From contig NC_068985.1 in the NCBI RefSeq assembly GCF_001194135.2, positions 49,265,656 to 49,329,655 on the forward strand: a stretch of DNA of 64,000 bases, in the 5' to 3' direction. The position numbers and the translations under genes are program-made. The stretch comes from Octopus bimaculoides. Its lineage: Eukaryota. The notes under the pieces are model-generated. The model saw only the letters and a program-made list of their open reading frames with translations. It was not told where the DNA came from and searched no databases. Positions 1 to 13,591 of this stretch are shown here, piece by piece. Every line of letters starts with the position of its first letter. Within the stretch, counting starts at the first letter, position 1.

Positions 1-400
1 GACAAGAAAGGTCCCATGAATTTCTTTTTGTGTGTTTTGTTTCTTTTTTGTGTTTTTTTTTCTACTTTTTTAGCACTTTTGTTTTTCTATGAGAAACTAA
101 TAATTTGGACAATTCAAAACAAGATCAATTTTTTAGAGTAACAGTAGTAGTTGTAGCATTCCTTTTATTATTTTTTTCTATTTGGCTCAAGCCAGCAATT
201 CTTTTTTTAAAAAGAAGAGTTAAGTTGATACCCTCAACCCCTGTACTTGACTAGCACTTTATTTTATCAACCCTTGAAAGGGCGAAAGGCAAAGTTGACC
301 CCCAGCTGGATTAGAACTCAGAACATGAAGAGCCAAAACAAATACTGTAAGGTATTTTTTTTACCGATACTCTGATGGTTCTGCCATTCCACCACCTAAA

Positions 401-432
<32 letters not shown>

Positions 433-810
433 ACTGCTGCAACAGTATTAATATTAATATCAAAAGTAATAGTAGTAAACTAGATGTTGTTGTTCAGCCC
501 CAGGTCAAACCCAATTGACTAAACTTATGATCAACAGCATTCCAACTATGACCATCCCATCCATTTCCTTTTTTTTTTTTTTTGTCTAGTGAAGTATGCT
601 GTTGGTGGTGCCCCAGCATGGCCACAGCCCTTGAGCTGGAACTAGTAAAAAAAGGTCAAAAGAAGTAAGTATATTGAAATACATTAATTAATCATTACAT
701 GTGTCTCTCCTTGTTTTAATATAAGACAGTGGAGTGTTTTGATTTCGGGGTTGGGCCCTGAACTGGTTTTCTAAAATGTTGAATGTCTCTGTAGATGATC
801 CATAGTTGAC

Positions 811-842
<32 letters not shown>

Positions 843-1107
843 NNNNNNNNNNNNNNNNNNNNNNNNNNNNNNNNNNNNNNNNNNNNNNNNNNNNNNNNNN
901 NNNNNNNNNNNNNNNNNNNNNNNNNNNNNNNNNNNNNNNNNNNNNNNNNNNNNNNNNNNNNNNNNNNNNNNNNNNNNNNNNNNNNNNNNNNNNNNNNNNN
1001 NNNNNNNNNNNNNNNNNNNNNNNNNNNNNNNNNNNNNNNNNNNNNNNNNNNNNNNNNNNNNNNNNNNNNNNNNNNNNNNNNNNNNNNNNNNNNNNNNNNN
1101 NNNNNNN

Positions 1108-1143
1108 TCTAGAATAACCACTTTTCGCAGAACTTCTACCCAC
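1108..1143 (-). CDS. FGD4: FGD probable terminal coding exon, partial: [11 protein letters not shown]...; runs into an assembly gap
   Basis: tgtttctttattcag acceptor; phase-2 join gives K-W-V-E-V-L of the PH2 helix; stop codon not visible because of Ns at 843-1107. Confidence 0.85.
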
Positions 1144-1486
1144 CTGAATAAAGAAACACAATCACAAGAAAAGGAGAAAAATTAAGGTTGAAACTAATTA
1201 ATTAATTTGAACTGAAACTAATTAATATTTTATTCTAATATAACGGTGACTGTTTGAACAACAACAATAATATTTTAAAAATTAAATTTATTGAAAATTA
1301 TCAGGTGCTGGCATGGCTGTCTAGACGTAAGTGTGGCTATATGGTTAAGAAGCTGGCTTCCTAACCACGTAGTTCCAGGTTCAGTTGCACTGTGTGGCAC
1401 TTAGGGCAAGTGTCCTTTACTTTAGCTTCAGGTTGACCAAAGTCTTGTGAGTGGATTTGGTAGATGGAAACTGAAAGAAGCCCGAC

Positions 1487-1522
<36 letters not shown>

Positions 1523-4500
1523 CTGTTTGTCTCCCACCACTGCTTGACAACTGGTGTTGGTGTGTTTATGTCCCTTAACTTAGCAGTTCGGCAAAAGAGA
1601 CTGATAGAATAAGTTCCAGGCTTAACAAATAAAAATAAAGTACTGGGGTCAATTCATTCAAATAAGCGTGTCCACAGCCTAATAACTGAAACAAGTAAAA
1701 CATAAAAGAACTTGTCAGATCCTTGCTCAATTAATGGCAAAATACCAATGATGGATATATTTAAGCCTTTAGCATTCAAACCAGCTATATCCAGCCCGTA
1801 CATTCTACCTCTTTTATGCACAAACTGGTTAGATGTAGCCTCTCATACTTATCCTACAGTGTCTTTCTAAATATAAACAATCACATCATTGAAATCTTGG
1901 AGCTACAAGACAGTGCATGATTAATTCAAAATAATGTGAATCAATAAGTACTACATTTAAATAAATAATCTGAAAGCTAAAGGATTAAAAATTAATGCAT
2001 AAGTATTATAGGTCTAAGTCGAAAATGTGCCTGAAATTTATCGATGGTGTTATTGCAGCCGCCTTTGCCTGATCTTCTTGAAACAGCCCCAGGTTAGAAT
2101 GCAGCCATAATATTTAATTCTATATCAACTCTGATCCAGTAAATCTATAACCAAAGAGTGACTGTCATGAGTAAGCCCTTTTCTTTCAGAGATATCTCGA
2201 CAATATTATCTAATCTTGTCCCTTTCTTTACATAAGGTAGCAGGATGTGATTTAAGGGAGATTTGGCTGCTGAGTCTAACAAATTGAGTAACCACATAGC
2301 AGCTCCCTATTTTGCAAGGAGAAAATTAAATATGCCAAACACACAACACACATACAACTGATAGAATGCAAAGTTAACTCACTAAAACCAATTTGATACA
2401 AGCCTACCTGAGGCTGCTCCTGGTTTTATAATATAAGTTTACATACAATTTGAATTAAAACCTTCCATCAAAATTCCTTGTTAATTTTATGTTCCAAACA
2501 CCATCTTAATATTGATATTATACAAAATTCTTAATTGTTTTCAAAATTAATTGAAACAGATGCAGTATATTTCAACAGAAGAATACAAAGTTTAAAATCT
2601 TTACATTTCTACCAAAAACTATCAGTAAATCATGTCAATAAAGCAACAGGACTAATGATTGATAGAATCTATAGTTCCTGGATGTATTAACAAAACCTGT
2701 TGTTAATGTATAGCATAGAGCTAGAACAGGGGTCCTCAACCATTTTTTTTTTTTTATCCATGGACCCTCATAACCGTCCAATGTTTAAAAACTAGTTTTA
2801 TAGTCTCTTCTTTCAAAATTCCTATTTTGTATTACGCACATCAATTTGTGTAAGTTGAACTATGTAAAATCTTAGAGAAAGAAACCCAGCTGTTTCTTCC
2901 AATACATACATCTAAAGCAAATTTTTTTTAAAGAGCTCCTTAAAATACTGTTTTGGATCCCCAGTTTAACATTTTGTTGCATGAACCCCAGCTTAGAACC
3001 ATTGAGCTAGGGCACTGCTTTGAAGAATTTTAGCCAAACAAATCAACCCCTGAATTTCTTTTTATTCTGTTGGTCTCTTGCTGAACTGCTAAGTAATTGT
3101 ATTGTCTCTTAAGGTAAAGAATAATAGGAGACTGTGCTTCTGTTATGTTATTTGTATTGAAGTGAACCTCTTATTCTATTGAAGAAATCTGCAAGACATA
3201 AAGACACCAACACTGGTTGTCAAGTGGTGTAATGGGGAACAAACACAGACACATAGGCACAAACACACACATACACACATATACGAGGGGCTTCTTCACA
3301 AGATTTTGGTCAATCTGAGTCTCTAGTAAAAGACACTTGCACAAGGTGCTATGCAGTGGGACTGAACCTGAAACCATGTGGTTGAGAACCAAACTTCTTA
3401 TCACACAGCCATGCCTGCAACTTTATAATAAATTCGATAACTACTGTTTAATAAATTAATAATTTGATTACTGAAACACTTACTTTTGCAGTTGCTGGTC
3501 ACTTTCAGCCTTAAAATAGTGTACTTGCTGTTCTCTTTGACTAAGTTTAAAGACATGTGTTCGGTCTACTATAGGATCATTTTCATCTATCACAGTGACT
3601 GTATAACCTGGTAATGGCATTGTTGACAGAGCGTAGCCATCCTAGAAGAAAAAGAGGATGAAAAGAAAGACAATAAGTTATAAAGCTATTATGAATATCA
3701 TTTAATATATTTTAGACAAAGCTTAGCTATTATAGAAGCAGAATCAAGTAAAGGAGGGGAACAAGGAAAGGGACACTGCATAATACTGCAGGATGTTTAT
3801 GGACATCAACTAATATATGTAACTGATATGAAATAAATGATAACAGTCTCTTTATATTGTTTAAAGTTCAGATCCCAACAGGATTATATTTACTCTACAC
3901 TGCTCTGCAGACAATAAAATAAGTACCAGTTATATACTTGTGTATTCAGCAAACCACAATTCTCTCCAGTAAACTTGTTATTATATACCAGTGTAGGAAA
4001 TCATCATCATTATTATTACTAAGGCAGCAAGCTGGCAGAATCGTTAGCATGCTGGACAAAATGCTTAGTGGGTTCAAATTCTACCGAGGTTGACTTTGCC
4101 TTTTATCCTATTAGTGTTAAATATTTCTTTCTCGATTTAGGTGATAGCATAATGGCAGAGTGTGGGGTAGACATAAAAAAAATACTCTTATATGTCTTTA
4201 GGTTGATTTTTAATTTTTCACATAGTAAAATAAATAATTATTATAATCAACAATGCAACAACAATAAAGAATAACAGAAATAATCATTGTCATCATTTAA
4301 CATCCGTTTTCCATGTTGGGATGGGTTAGATGGTTTGACAGGAGCTGGCCAACAAGAGAGCTGCACCAGGTTCCAATTGTCTGTTTTGGCATGGTTTCTT
4401 GGGCTGGATGCCCTTCCTAATGTCAACCACTTTACAAAGTGTACTGGGAGTTTGTTTACATGGCACCAGCACCAGTGTTCTGTACATGTAACCAGCATGG

Positions 4501-7500
4501 GTGTTTTATATGTGGCACCTGCACAGGTCTTTTATACATAGCACCTGCAAGGGTACTTTTTAAGTAGAAATCTATTCAATAATTACCTGGTTACTTTTGA
4601 AAATGTACATGACAAAATTGTCATGCACGGAAAAAAATCGTCTGCACCAGTTCTTACAATGGTCTGTACTTATATGTAGGTAGCCACAGTGGACATTAGG
4701 TTCAGTAGCTTTACACTGAAATAATAAGAAAAGTACAGAATGTTACAAATAAAAAATGACAGAATATCATCAATTTTACATCTTTTTTTTATTTTTTCGA
4801 AACTTGCATGAGGTCTTTGAAGAGTCTTAGCAACTTTACAATATAGATTGAGTGTCTTTATGTTTTTAAATTTTTCATGACTCTAATTGTTGAGACATTG
4901 TCAGCTAACCTGCATCAGTATATATTAGGAGTTACAGTACTCCTAGAAAAATTTTTGCATAAAAAACACACACACACATTCAATTAACTCTTAATTGCTT
5001 TTAATTAAAATAAAATAAAATAAAAATATTATACTGTGATACATCAAAGAGGAGAACTTGTGTGTTATTTGAGATGACAATGGCTAAAAATTGACTGGGG
5101 TATTTACTCAGAGTTTATTTAGGATGTAAAATCATTATTCAGCTAATACCTTATAGACAAATTAAAAATCAGTCCTGAATGATGAAAATAAAGAATTTTG
5201 TAGTAGTGATTAGTCACAGGTGGTACTAATAGCAGTGGTTGAAGTGATGGGGTGAGGTAGTAGTAGTAGTAGTGATATTGTTGTGGTGTGAGGAATGGTC
5301 ATAATGAGATTGTGGTGAAAGTGGTATGGGCGGTATTGACAGATATAATAATGGATGAGCTGGTGTTAGTGGTAGAGGCGATAATGATGGTGATGGTGGT
5401 GGTGGTGAAAGTACAATTGGTGATGCTGATGGTAGTACTGGTGGTACAATGAATGGTGGTGGTGGTGATAAAGAAAGTACAGTGGGTGATATTGATGCAG
5501 ATGATGATAGTAGAATTGACAATAGTGAAAATACAGGTAGCAGTAGTGGTGAGAGTATAGGTTTTGACAAACATGGTGGTGGTGGTAATGTATGTTTTAT
5601 AAAACCCAAAACTATAATTATTATCGAAATAATGTTAATGAGAGAATCGTTAAAGTCTGCATAGTGGTTGTTGTTTAGCACAAAGTCATCCTTGACTGAG
5701 CAAAACCTATGATCAAAAAGCTTCCAATTTTAATTATCCCATCTTTTATGTATGCAAAACAACCAAAAGAAACAAAAAATGAAAAAAAATAAACATCTAT
5801 CCAATAACCAAAATAAATTAAGTATCGGTATAATTACCTCTAAAATATTTCTCTTCTCATATGGGGATTCTCCGTTGTTCCTAGTGACAACAGCATCCAA
5901 CATTTCAAAACATTTGTCACAAACTCGGTTTAGTTTATTATCATCGTACAGTAGAGGAAGTTTTCGAGATGAACATTTTCCACACACGACCTGTAACAAA
6001 TAAAACATTAATTTTTTACAGTTATCATTGCACAATCATTATATTTCTTTTAAAATTGATATCTGTAAGTGGCACTCATGAAATCATAGTCATAGCCATT
6101 GCTGGTGCCATGTAAATGGCACCTGTGAAATCAGAGTTGGGCTGTTGCCGGTGCCTTACTCTTTTACTCTTTTACTTGTTTCAGTCATTTGACTGCAGCC
6201 ATGCTGGAGCACCACCTTTAGTCAAGCAAATAGACCCCAGGACTTATTCTTTGTAAGCCTAGTACTTATTCTATTGGTCTCTTATGCCGAACCGCTAAGT
6301 TACGGGGACATAAACACACCAGCATCGGTTGTCAAGCGATGTTGGGAGGAACAAACACAGACACACAAACACAGGCACACACACACACACACATATATAT
6401 AGACTAATTTTTATTCTCGCTGGACCACTGGTGGTAAATTAAATTTCTAAAATTTCTTTTTGCTGCCCTATGATTTATTAATAATGATTATATATATATA
6501 TATATATATACATACATATATACGACGGTCTTCTTTCAGTTTCCATCTACCAAATCCACTCACAAGGCTTTGGTCGGCCCGCGGCTATAGTAGAAGACAC
6601 TTGCCCAAAGTGCCACACAGTGGGACTGAACCCGGAACCATGTGATTGGTAAGCAAGCTATTTACCACACAACCACTCCTGCGCCTAGTAAATAAATGGC
6701 ACCCATGGATCATAGTCGTAGTTATGGTTGTTGATGGTACCATGTAAATGGCACCAGTGAATCGTAGTATACAGACATGTGCGTGGGGGGGGGGTCTCCT
6801 TGTCTTAGCATCATATGCTAGTTGTGATTGTGTGCTACTGTTATGCAAGTGGTGTCATTCATTTCCAGTCTCCCATTAAAACATGTCCAGACAAAGGGAA
6901 ATATTACAGCACTTGGAAACAGCTGAGTGTTGGCAACAGTAAGGGTATCCAACTGTAGAAATTGTACTTCAATGAATTCCTTATTTCCCCATGTAAGAAT
7001 GGAAAGTGGACATTAATATGATGATGATGATGATCTTGAAATTCTGCTTATCCACCATCATTTGGGAGGGAAATTATTGAGTTCAAATTTTGGCACAAGG
7101 CCAGCACTTTACAGGGAGTGGGGTTTAAATCGATTACATCAACCCCAGTGCTCAATTGGTACTTATTTTATTGACCCCTACAGAATGAAAGGAAAAGTTG
7201 ACCTTGACAGAATTTGAACTCAGAACATAAAGATGGCTGAAATACCATTTAGCAGTCTGCCTGGCATGCTAATAATTCTCCCAGCTTGCTGCCTTAGGTA
7301 GAGAAATTATTGAATGATGTTTGATTGTCACATTGACAGATTGTCTGATAATGAGATTACTTAGATCACTTGTGTTTCAGCACTATTTGTATGACAAAAT
7401 TTCTAACATGTATAGACTGCCAATGTGATGCAATTAATTTTCGAAACTAAAACTAATTAAGAATAAATTATTAAAATAACAGTAATTTCTATATTTATTG

Positions 7501-7663
7501 TTATTGTTGTTGTTTAATTACCAGTTAGCTCTGATTGAGTAATCCTATGATCAAGACTCTTCCAGCCATGACTATGCCATCTTTTTTGTATAGCAATGAC
7601 TGCATTGTTAAATATAGTCTTCTTTATTTAAGTCATTTGGATACTATTTCTAGTAACCTGGGC

Positions 7664-7702
<39 letters not shown>

Positions 7703-8040
7703 CTTACATCTGTCACCCAACTGTTTGTATTTTCTCTCTCTCTATTTTCCTTCCTTCTTTCACTTTCTCCTGAACATATTTTTGCGATCAACCTACTCAC
7801 ATACAATCTCTCTCTCTTTCTGTGTGTAATACATAGATATACATACACATAAGTAAATAACAATAGATAGATAATGGTTCATTCACTACAACAGTTTCCA
7901 GCGAGTTTTTTTTTTATTGATGAATAGAGATATTACATCATGTGGAAAAAAAACACTTTCATCAGGTGAAGATACAGGAATTACTTGTTCAAAAAATATT
8001 CCAAAAATCACCAGTTTGTGCCACTATATGTGCCACAACA

Positions 8041-8084
<44 letters not shown>

Positions 8085-11000
8085 NNNNNNNNNNNNNNNN
8101 NNNNNNNNNNNNNNNNNNNNNNNNNNNNNNNNNNNNNNNNNNNNNNNNNNNNNNNNNNNNNNNNNNNNNNNNNNNNNNNNNNNNNNNNNNNNNNNNNNNN
8201 NNNNNNNNNNNNNNNNNNNNNNNNNNNNNNNNNNNNNNNNNNNNNNNNNNNNNNNNNNNNNNNNNNNNNNNNNNNNNNNNNNNNNNNNNNNNNNNNNNNN
8301 NNNNNNNNNNNNNNNNNNNNNNNNNNNNNNNNNNNNNNNNNNNNNNNNNNNNNATATATATATATATATATATGCATATATATGTGTATGTGTGTGTGCA
8401 TATATATACACATGCACATATATAAAAAAAATCCGCCACTCTGTTGGAACAGCCTGCACATGAAATTGATATGCTAGTAGCTGGGCACGCATATCCTTAA
8501 TGTAGTTCTCAAGGAGATTCAGTATAACACTGAATGTGACAAGGTTGGCCCTTTGAAATACATGTACAACTCATTTTTGCCAGCAGAGTAGACTGGAGCA
8601 ACATGAAATAAAGTGTCTTGCTCCAGGATACAATGTGCTGCGAGGAATCAAACTCATGGCCTTACGATTAGGAGCTGAATACCCTAAACACCAAGGCATG
8701 CAACTTCACACACAGATTTACATATAGACACATACACACTCCTAAGTTGACAGTTTCACCTTGTCTTTTCTTTATGTAGTATATGACAATGTGTGATTAT
8801 CATACACAAACACACATATATACAACATAGGAGAAACCATGTGAAATAGCAACACTTAGAGTATGGAGGGAGCACTCCAACTTCTCATAGGAATGGCAAA
8901 ATGTATACTTACATAACCACAAGCTCGGCAGTGATGTCTGCGGCGGAAAGTGGTAAACTGGTTGCTACAGAGCATACACATACTTGCAGCGTCATCTTTA
9001 ATCCATCGAGGTGCCCGTTTGCCCACATCATCATCCTGCGATAAAAATAAGGAAAGGGTAACAGATATTACAGTCTTTTTCCTTCGTTATTTAAGCCTGC
9101 AAGGCAGTGATTCTGAAATGATATATCATGGCATAATGGTGTTCTACAAGGAGTATTTAAATGTGCCACAGATTTTAGAAAATATATGTTAAGGCTTTGA
9201 TGCAGGGGTTCTCAATCATTTTTTTTTTATTTATGGATCCCTTTTGACTACTATTCTATTCTGGTGGACCCCCATAGCCATTTGATGCTTAAAAACTAGT
9301 TTTACAGATGTTTCTATCAAAATTCCTATTTTGCTAATTATGCATTCACTTTCGTAGGTTGAACAATATAAAGTGTGAGAGGAAGAAATCTAACTGCTTC
9401 TTGCAAAAAAATACATCTAAAGTTAAATTACTCCATGGATTCTTAATGAACCACTGTGAATCCCAAATTTACTATTTTACTTGCATGGATCCCCTAAAGT
9501 CTTATATGGACACCCCCAGGGGTCGTATGGATCATGATTGAGAAATACTGCTTTAATGCTTCAGCTTTAATACTGCTTTAATACTTCTGTGGTAGAAGTA
9601 GACCCAGGAAGACATGGGATGAGGTGGTGAAGCATGATCTTCAAACTTTGGGCCAAGTCTCCATACTGAAAATAATCTCTCCTCTTTCTCTCATCCACTC
9701 ACAAATCTTGAGGACCCTCAAACAAGTCATGGGTTTCACCTTCCTGTTCCAAATAAATCATGGGAAAAGAATAAGCATAAGGCATTTTAGATAAACTCCT
9801 GAGTCCAAAGAAACTAGTAGCAGTGTACATTGGCAATAAGTAATCTACAGCAGAATTCCAAGAAATATTTAATAAGCTCAATTGCTGTAAGGAGGAATGA
9901 AGACTAACATTTTTGGGACCTTGCCTTTCCTCTGAGCTACTTAGATTTTTGGACCCTTTTATGATTTACCAACTTCCTACCTTTATCTTGTGTAGAATAT
10001 TAAATATGTTGTTGGTTTCTAAATGTTACAGTAAAAAAAGAGTTAAGAATAATTGACTTACCTCTTCAATGTACATTTTCTGTGCTTTCTCTATGGTTCG
10101 CATAGACTGTTTGCGATTATTAAAGTCATCTATTGTCAATTTTATAATCTAGAAGCAAAAAAAAAAAATATATATATATATTTATATAATCCAATGCATA
10201 GTTGCATGGAAAAGCAGACGTTAAATGGTAATTTTCACTGGACTGGCACACTGGAAGGCTGCACCAGGATCTAATCTGATTTGGCATGGTCTTCTATGGC
10301 TGGATACCCTTCTTAACACCAACCATTCTGAGAGTGTAATGAGTGCTTTTACATGCCACTGGCATGGGTACCATTTGCATGACACTGGTATCTGCCACAA
10401 CTGCGATTTTGCTCGGCTTGATGGGTCTTCTTCTCAAGCATGACATAATACCAAAGGTCTTGGCCATTGTCTCTGTGAGACCCAACACTCAAAAAGAGCT
10501 TGGCCACTTTGGCTCCATGAGGCCCGTTCGAAAGGAACTCAGCCACCTTGCTTCCATGAGGCCCAATACTTGAAAGGAATTCAGCCACTTTGCCTCCATG
10601 CACCCAGGAGCTCGGCCACTTTGCCTCCATGAGGCAAAGAAAAATTAAAATCTGTCTCAAGCCTGCAGGCTCAGGCAGGAGCTTATTCAAGTTTCTAAAG
10701 CATATAAGCAACTGTAAGTGCAAGACTACTTCCTGAAAGGGACACCAAACCATTTCAGTTATTGCTGGTACTTATTTTCTGCTGAGTGGACTGAGGCAAC
10801 ATGAAATGAAATGCCAGACATTATCCACAAAGCATTGGTCAACATTGATGTTATGATAGAAGGCACTTTCCCAATGTTCCATGCAATGGGATTGAACGTG
10901 AAGCCACCTGGTTATGAAATCAATTTCTTATCCACATGACTATGCCAAGCACCTTGCTGTCAAGATAAAGCATGAATAATTCAAAACAATGTGAATGAAT

Positions 11001-11814
11001 AAGTATTACATCTGATAGAATAATCTGAATGCTAAAGAGTTGAACCTACTGCCATAAAGAGAGCAGTTCCAACGACAGGGAAATGTTTAACAATAGTAGC
11101 TTATCTCAGCATGATAAAAATACAAAAGTAAAGTTCCTTCCGAAGCCATGTAGACTCATGGGGTCAGTTTCCCTGTTTCCATGGTGAATATATTCCCCAC
11201 TTAGATGGGATGCCAGTCCGTCACAGGATTACGCATTTTTGCTAGCTGAGTGAACTGAAGCAACAGGAAATGAAGTGTTTTGCTCAAGAACACAATGTGT
11301 CAGCCAGTCCAGGAATCGAAACCACAATCTTACAATCCTGAATCCAACACTCTTACCACTAAACCATGCACCTTCATGCTTCGACAGGATAAGGGTATCA
11401 AAATTAAAGGACAACATGAAATGATGAGACAATATATAAAGTACATTCATATAAACTGATTGCTCACTTGGGAGAAACCACCACTGCATATGTTGCATTG
11501 AAGGTTGAACATCTTGGCAAGATACCTATTGCTGATACTGTTTGGCTCTGATCAAGCAGGCTAATAGTCATAGGCAATTCAGCTACGACCATCTTAATTA
11601 TTTGTTTATCTAGGACTACATTATGCAATGTAGCTTTCATTTTCCAAAGAAGTCAAGGTGTGATTTAAGTGATATTTTCATTATTTACATTTGACGGATA
11701 TTCGTCCTCATCTTGTTTGTTGTTAACACAACGTTTCGGCTGATATACCCTCCAGCCTTCGTCAGGTGTCTTGGGGAAATTTCGAACCTGGGTTCTCATT
11801 CCTATCGATGTTAC

Positions 11815-11846
<32 letters not shown>

Positions 11847-11860
11847 TATTATTATTATTA

Positions 11861-11896
<36 letters not shown>

Positions 11897-13551
11897 TATT
11901 AATCAGGTTGCTGCCGTGAATCGAACTCGGAACCTTGGGGTTAGTAGCCCGCGCTCTTAACCACTACGCCATATGCCTGTGGGCATCGATAGGAATGAGA
12001 ACCCAGGTTCAAAATTTCCCCAAGACACCTGACGAAGGCTGGAGGGTATATCAGCCGAAACGTTGTGTTAACAACAAACAAGATGAGGACGAATATTCGT
12101 CAAATGTAAATAATGTAAATAATTCCTCATCTCTTAAATATAGAACTGTACTAAGTGATATTTTGTTGCTATATTTGGCAAGACAGTTAATTCTGCTTGG
12201 TTAAGGGCATCAAGTTTATTTTTAAAACTTTTAGTTTCACATCTGTTTTCCTATGGTAGAATAACTTATATCAGTAGTACTAAAACAGTGCACCACAAGA
12301 GGTATCTAGGTGCATGGTAGGTTTTAAAGATTATATTATACAAGGCTTTAGAAAATTCATACTAATAGTTAAGTATTTTGAAAAACAAGTTATTTATAAT
12401 TTTGTTATACATAAATAGGCATGGCTATGTGATAAGAAGCTTGCTTCCCAACACATGGTTCCAAGTTTAGTTCCACTGTGTGGCACATTGGGCAAGTGTT
12501 TTCAACTATAGCCTCAGGCTGAACAAAGCCTTGTGAGTTGATTTGGTAGATGGAAACTGAAAGAAGCCCATTGTGTGTATATATGTGTGTGTGAGTGTGT
12601 GTATATGTCATTGTGTCTGTGTGTGTGTGTGTGTGCCCCCCCCCCCATAATCACATGATAACTAGTATTAGTGTGTTTGAATGTCCACAACTTAGCGGTT
12701 TGACAAAGAGACCAATAGAATAAGTACTAGAGTTTAAAAATAAGTCCTGAGGTTGATTTGTACAACTAAAACCTTTCAAGGTGGGTCTCCAGCATGGCCA
12801 CAGTCAAATGACTGAAACAAGTAAAAGAATAAAAGTATGATTGATAAGACAAGGTAACTAACAGCTTTTGTGATAATGATGAAATGGTAATATACTTACA
12901 CAGAACCAGCAGCTCGGATCATCTATTTGACCACTGGAATAAAATTAAAAACATATTTTGTATTAGCACAGAGATAACATAACATTTTCATGTAACTTCA
13001 TACACACATAAGTACCTCAAATCCATATATACATACATACCCTATATATGTGTGTATATATGTATATATAATATAGGTAGTTGGGATAAATCTCAGCTGT
13101 TTCCTTTTGAAGCATGTCTAACACATAAAACTTTGTAATTCCTATTAGCAAATGAAACATTTGTAATGGTGAATAGATAATACCAAAAATTCCCAATTTC
13201 TTTTGTTATATATATACACAAAAGTAGTTATAATCCATATATATGTACATGACCTACATATGTATATGATCTATATATGCATGCATACATACATACATAC
13301 TCTATATTATATATATAACCTATACATATATCATCATCATTTGACATCCACTTTCCCATGTTTGCCTGGTCAGAAAGAATTTGTCGAGGTAGATACCTTT
13401 CGTGTTGCTTACTCTCACTTGTTTCCAAGCAAACTAATATTTCTCCATGGCTGCACATATTTTCATAGAAGATCGGAAATGAATGAATAGCTTTGCTTGT
13501 ATGATTATGATGCTCATTTACAACCATCATATGATGTCAAAATAGTGTACG

Positions 13552-13591
<40 letters not shown>

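Larger units (their letters stand above)
11679..12151. mobile_element. Fold-back retroposon: inverted 132-bp hammerhead-bearing arms around a tRNA-like head and (AAT)n; probably Penelope-dependent and non-autonomous
   Basis: Arms 11679-11810 and 11984-12115 are reverse complements with 2 mismatches; 13-bp direct repeat taagtgatatttt at 11666-11678 and 12152-12164. Confidence 0.8.

Noticed and set aside
11903-11983. tRNA gene (Ser-like)
   Set aside because: No acceptor stem, imperfect arms, and it is embedded in a TSD-flanked repeat; it is a SINE-type head.
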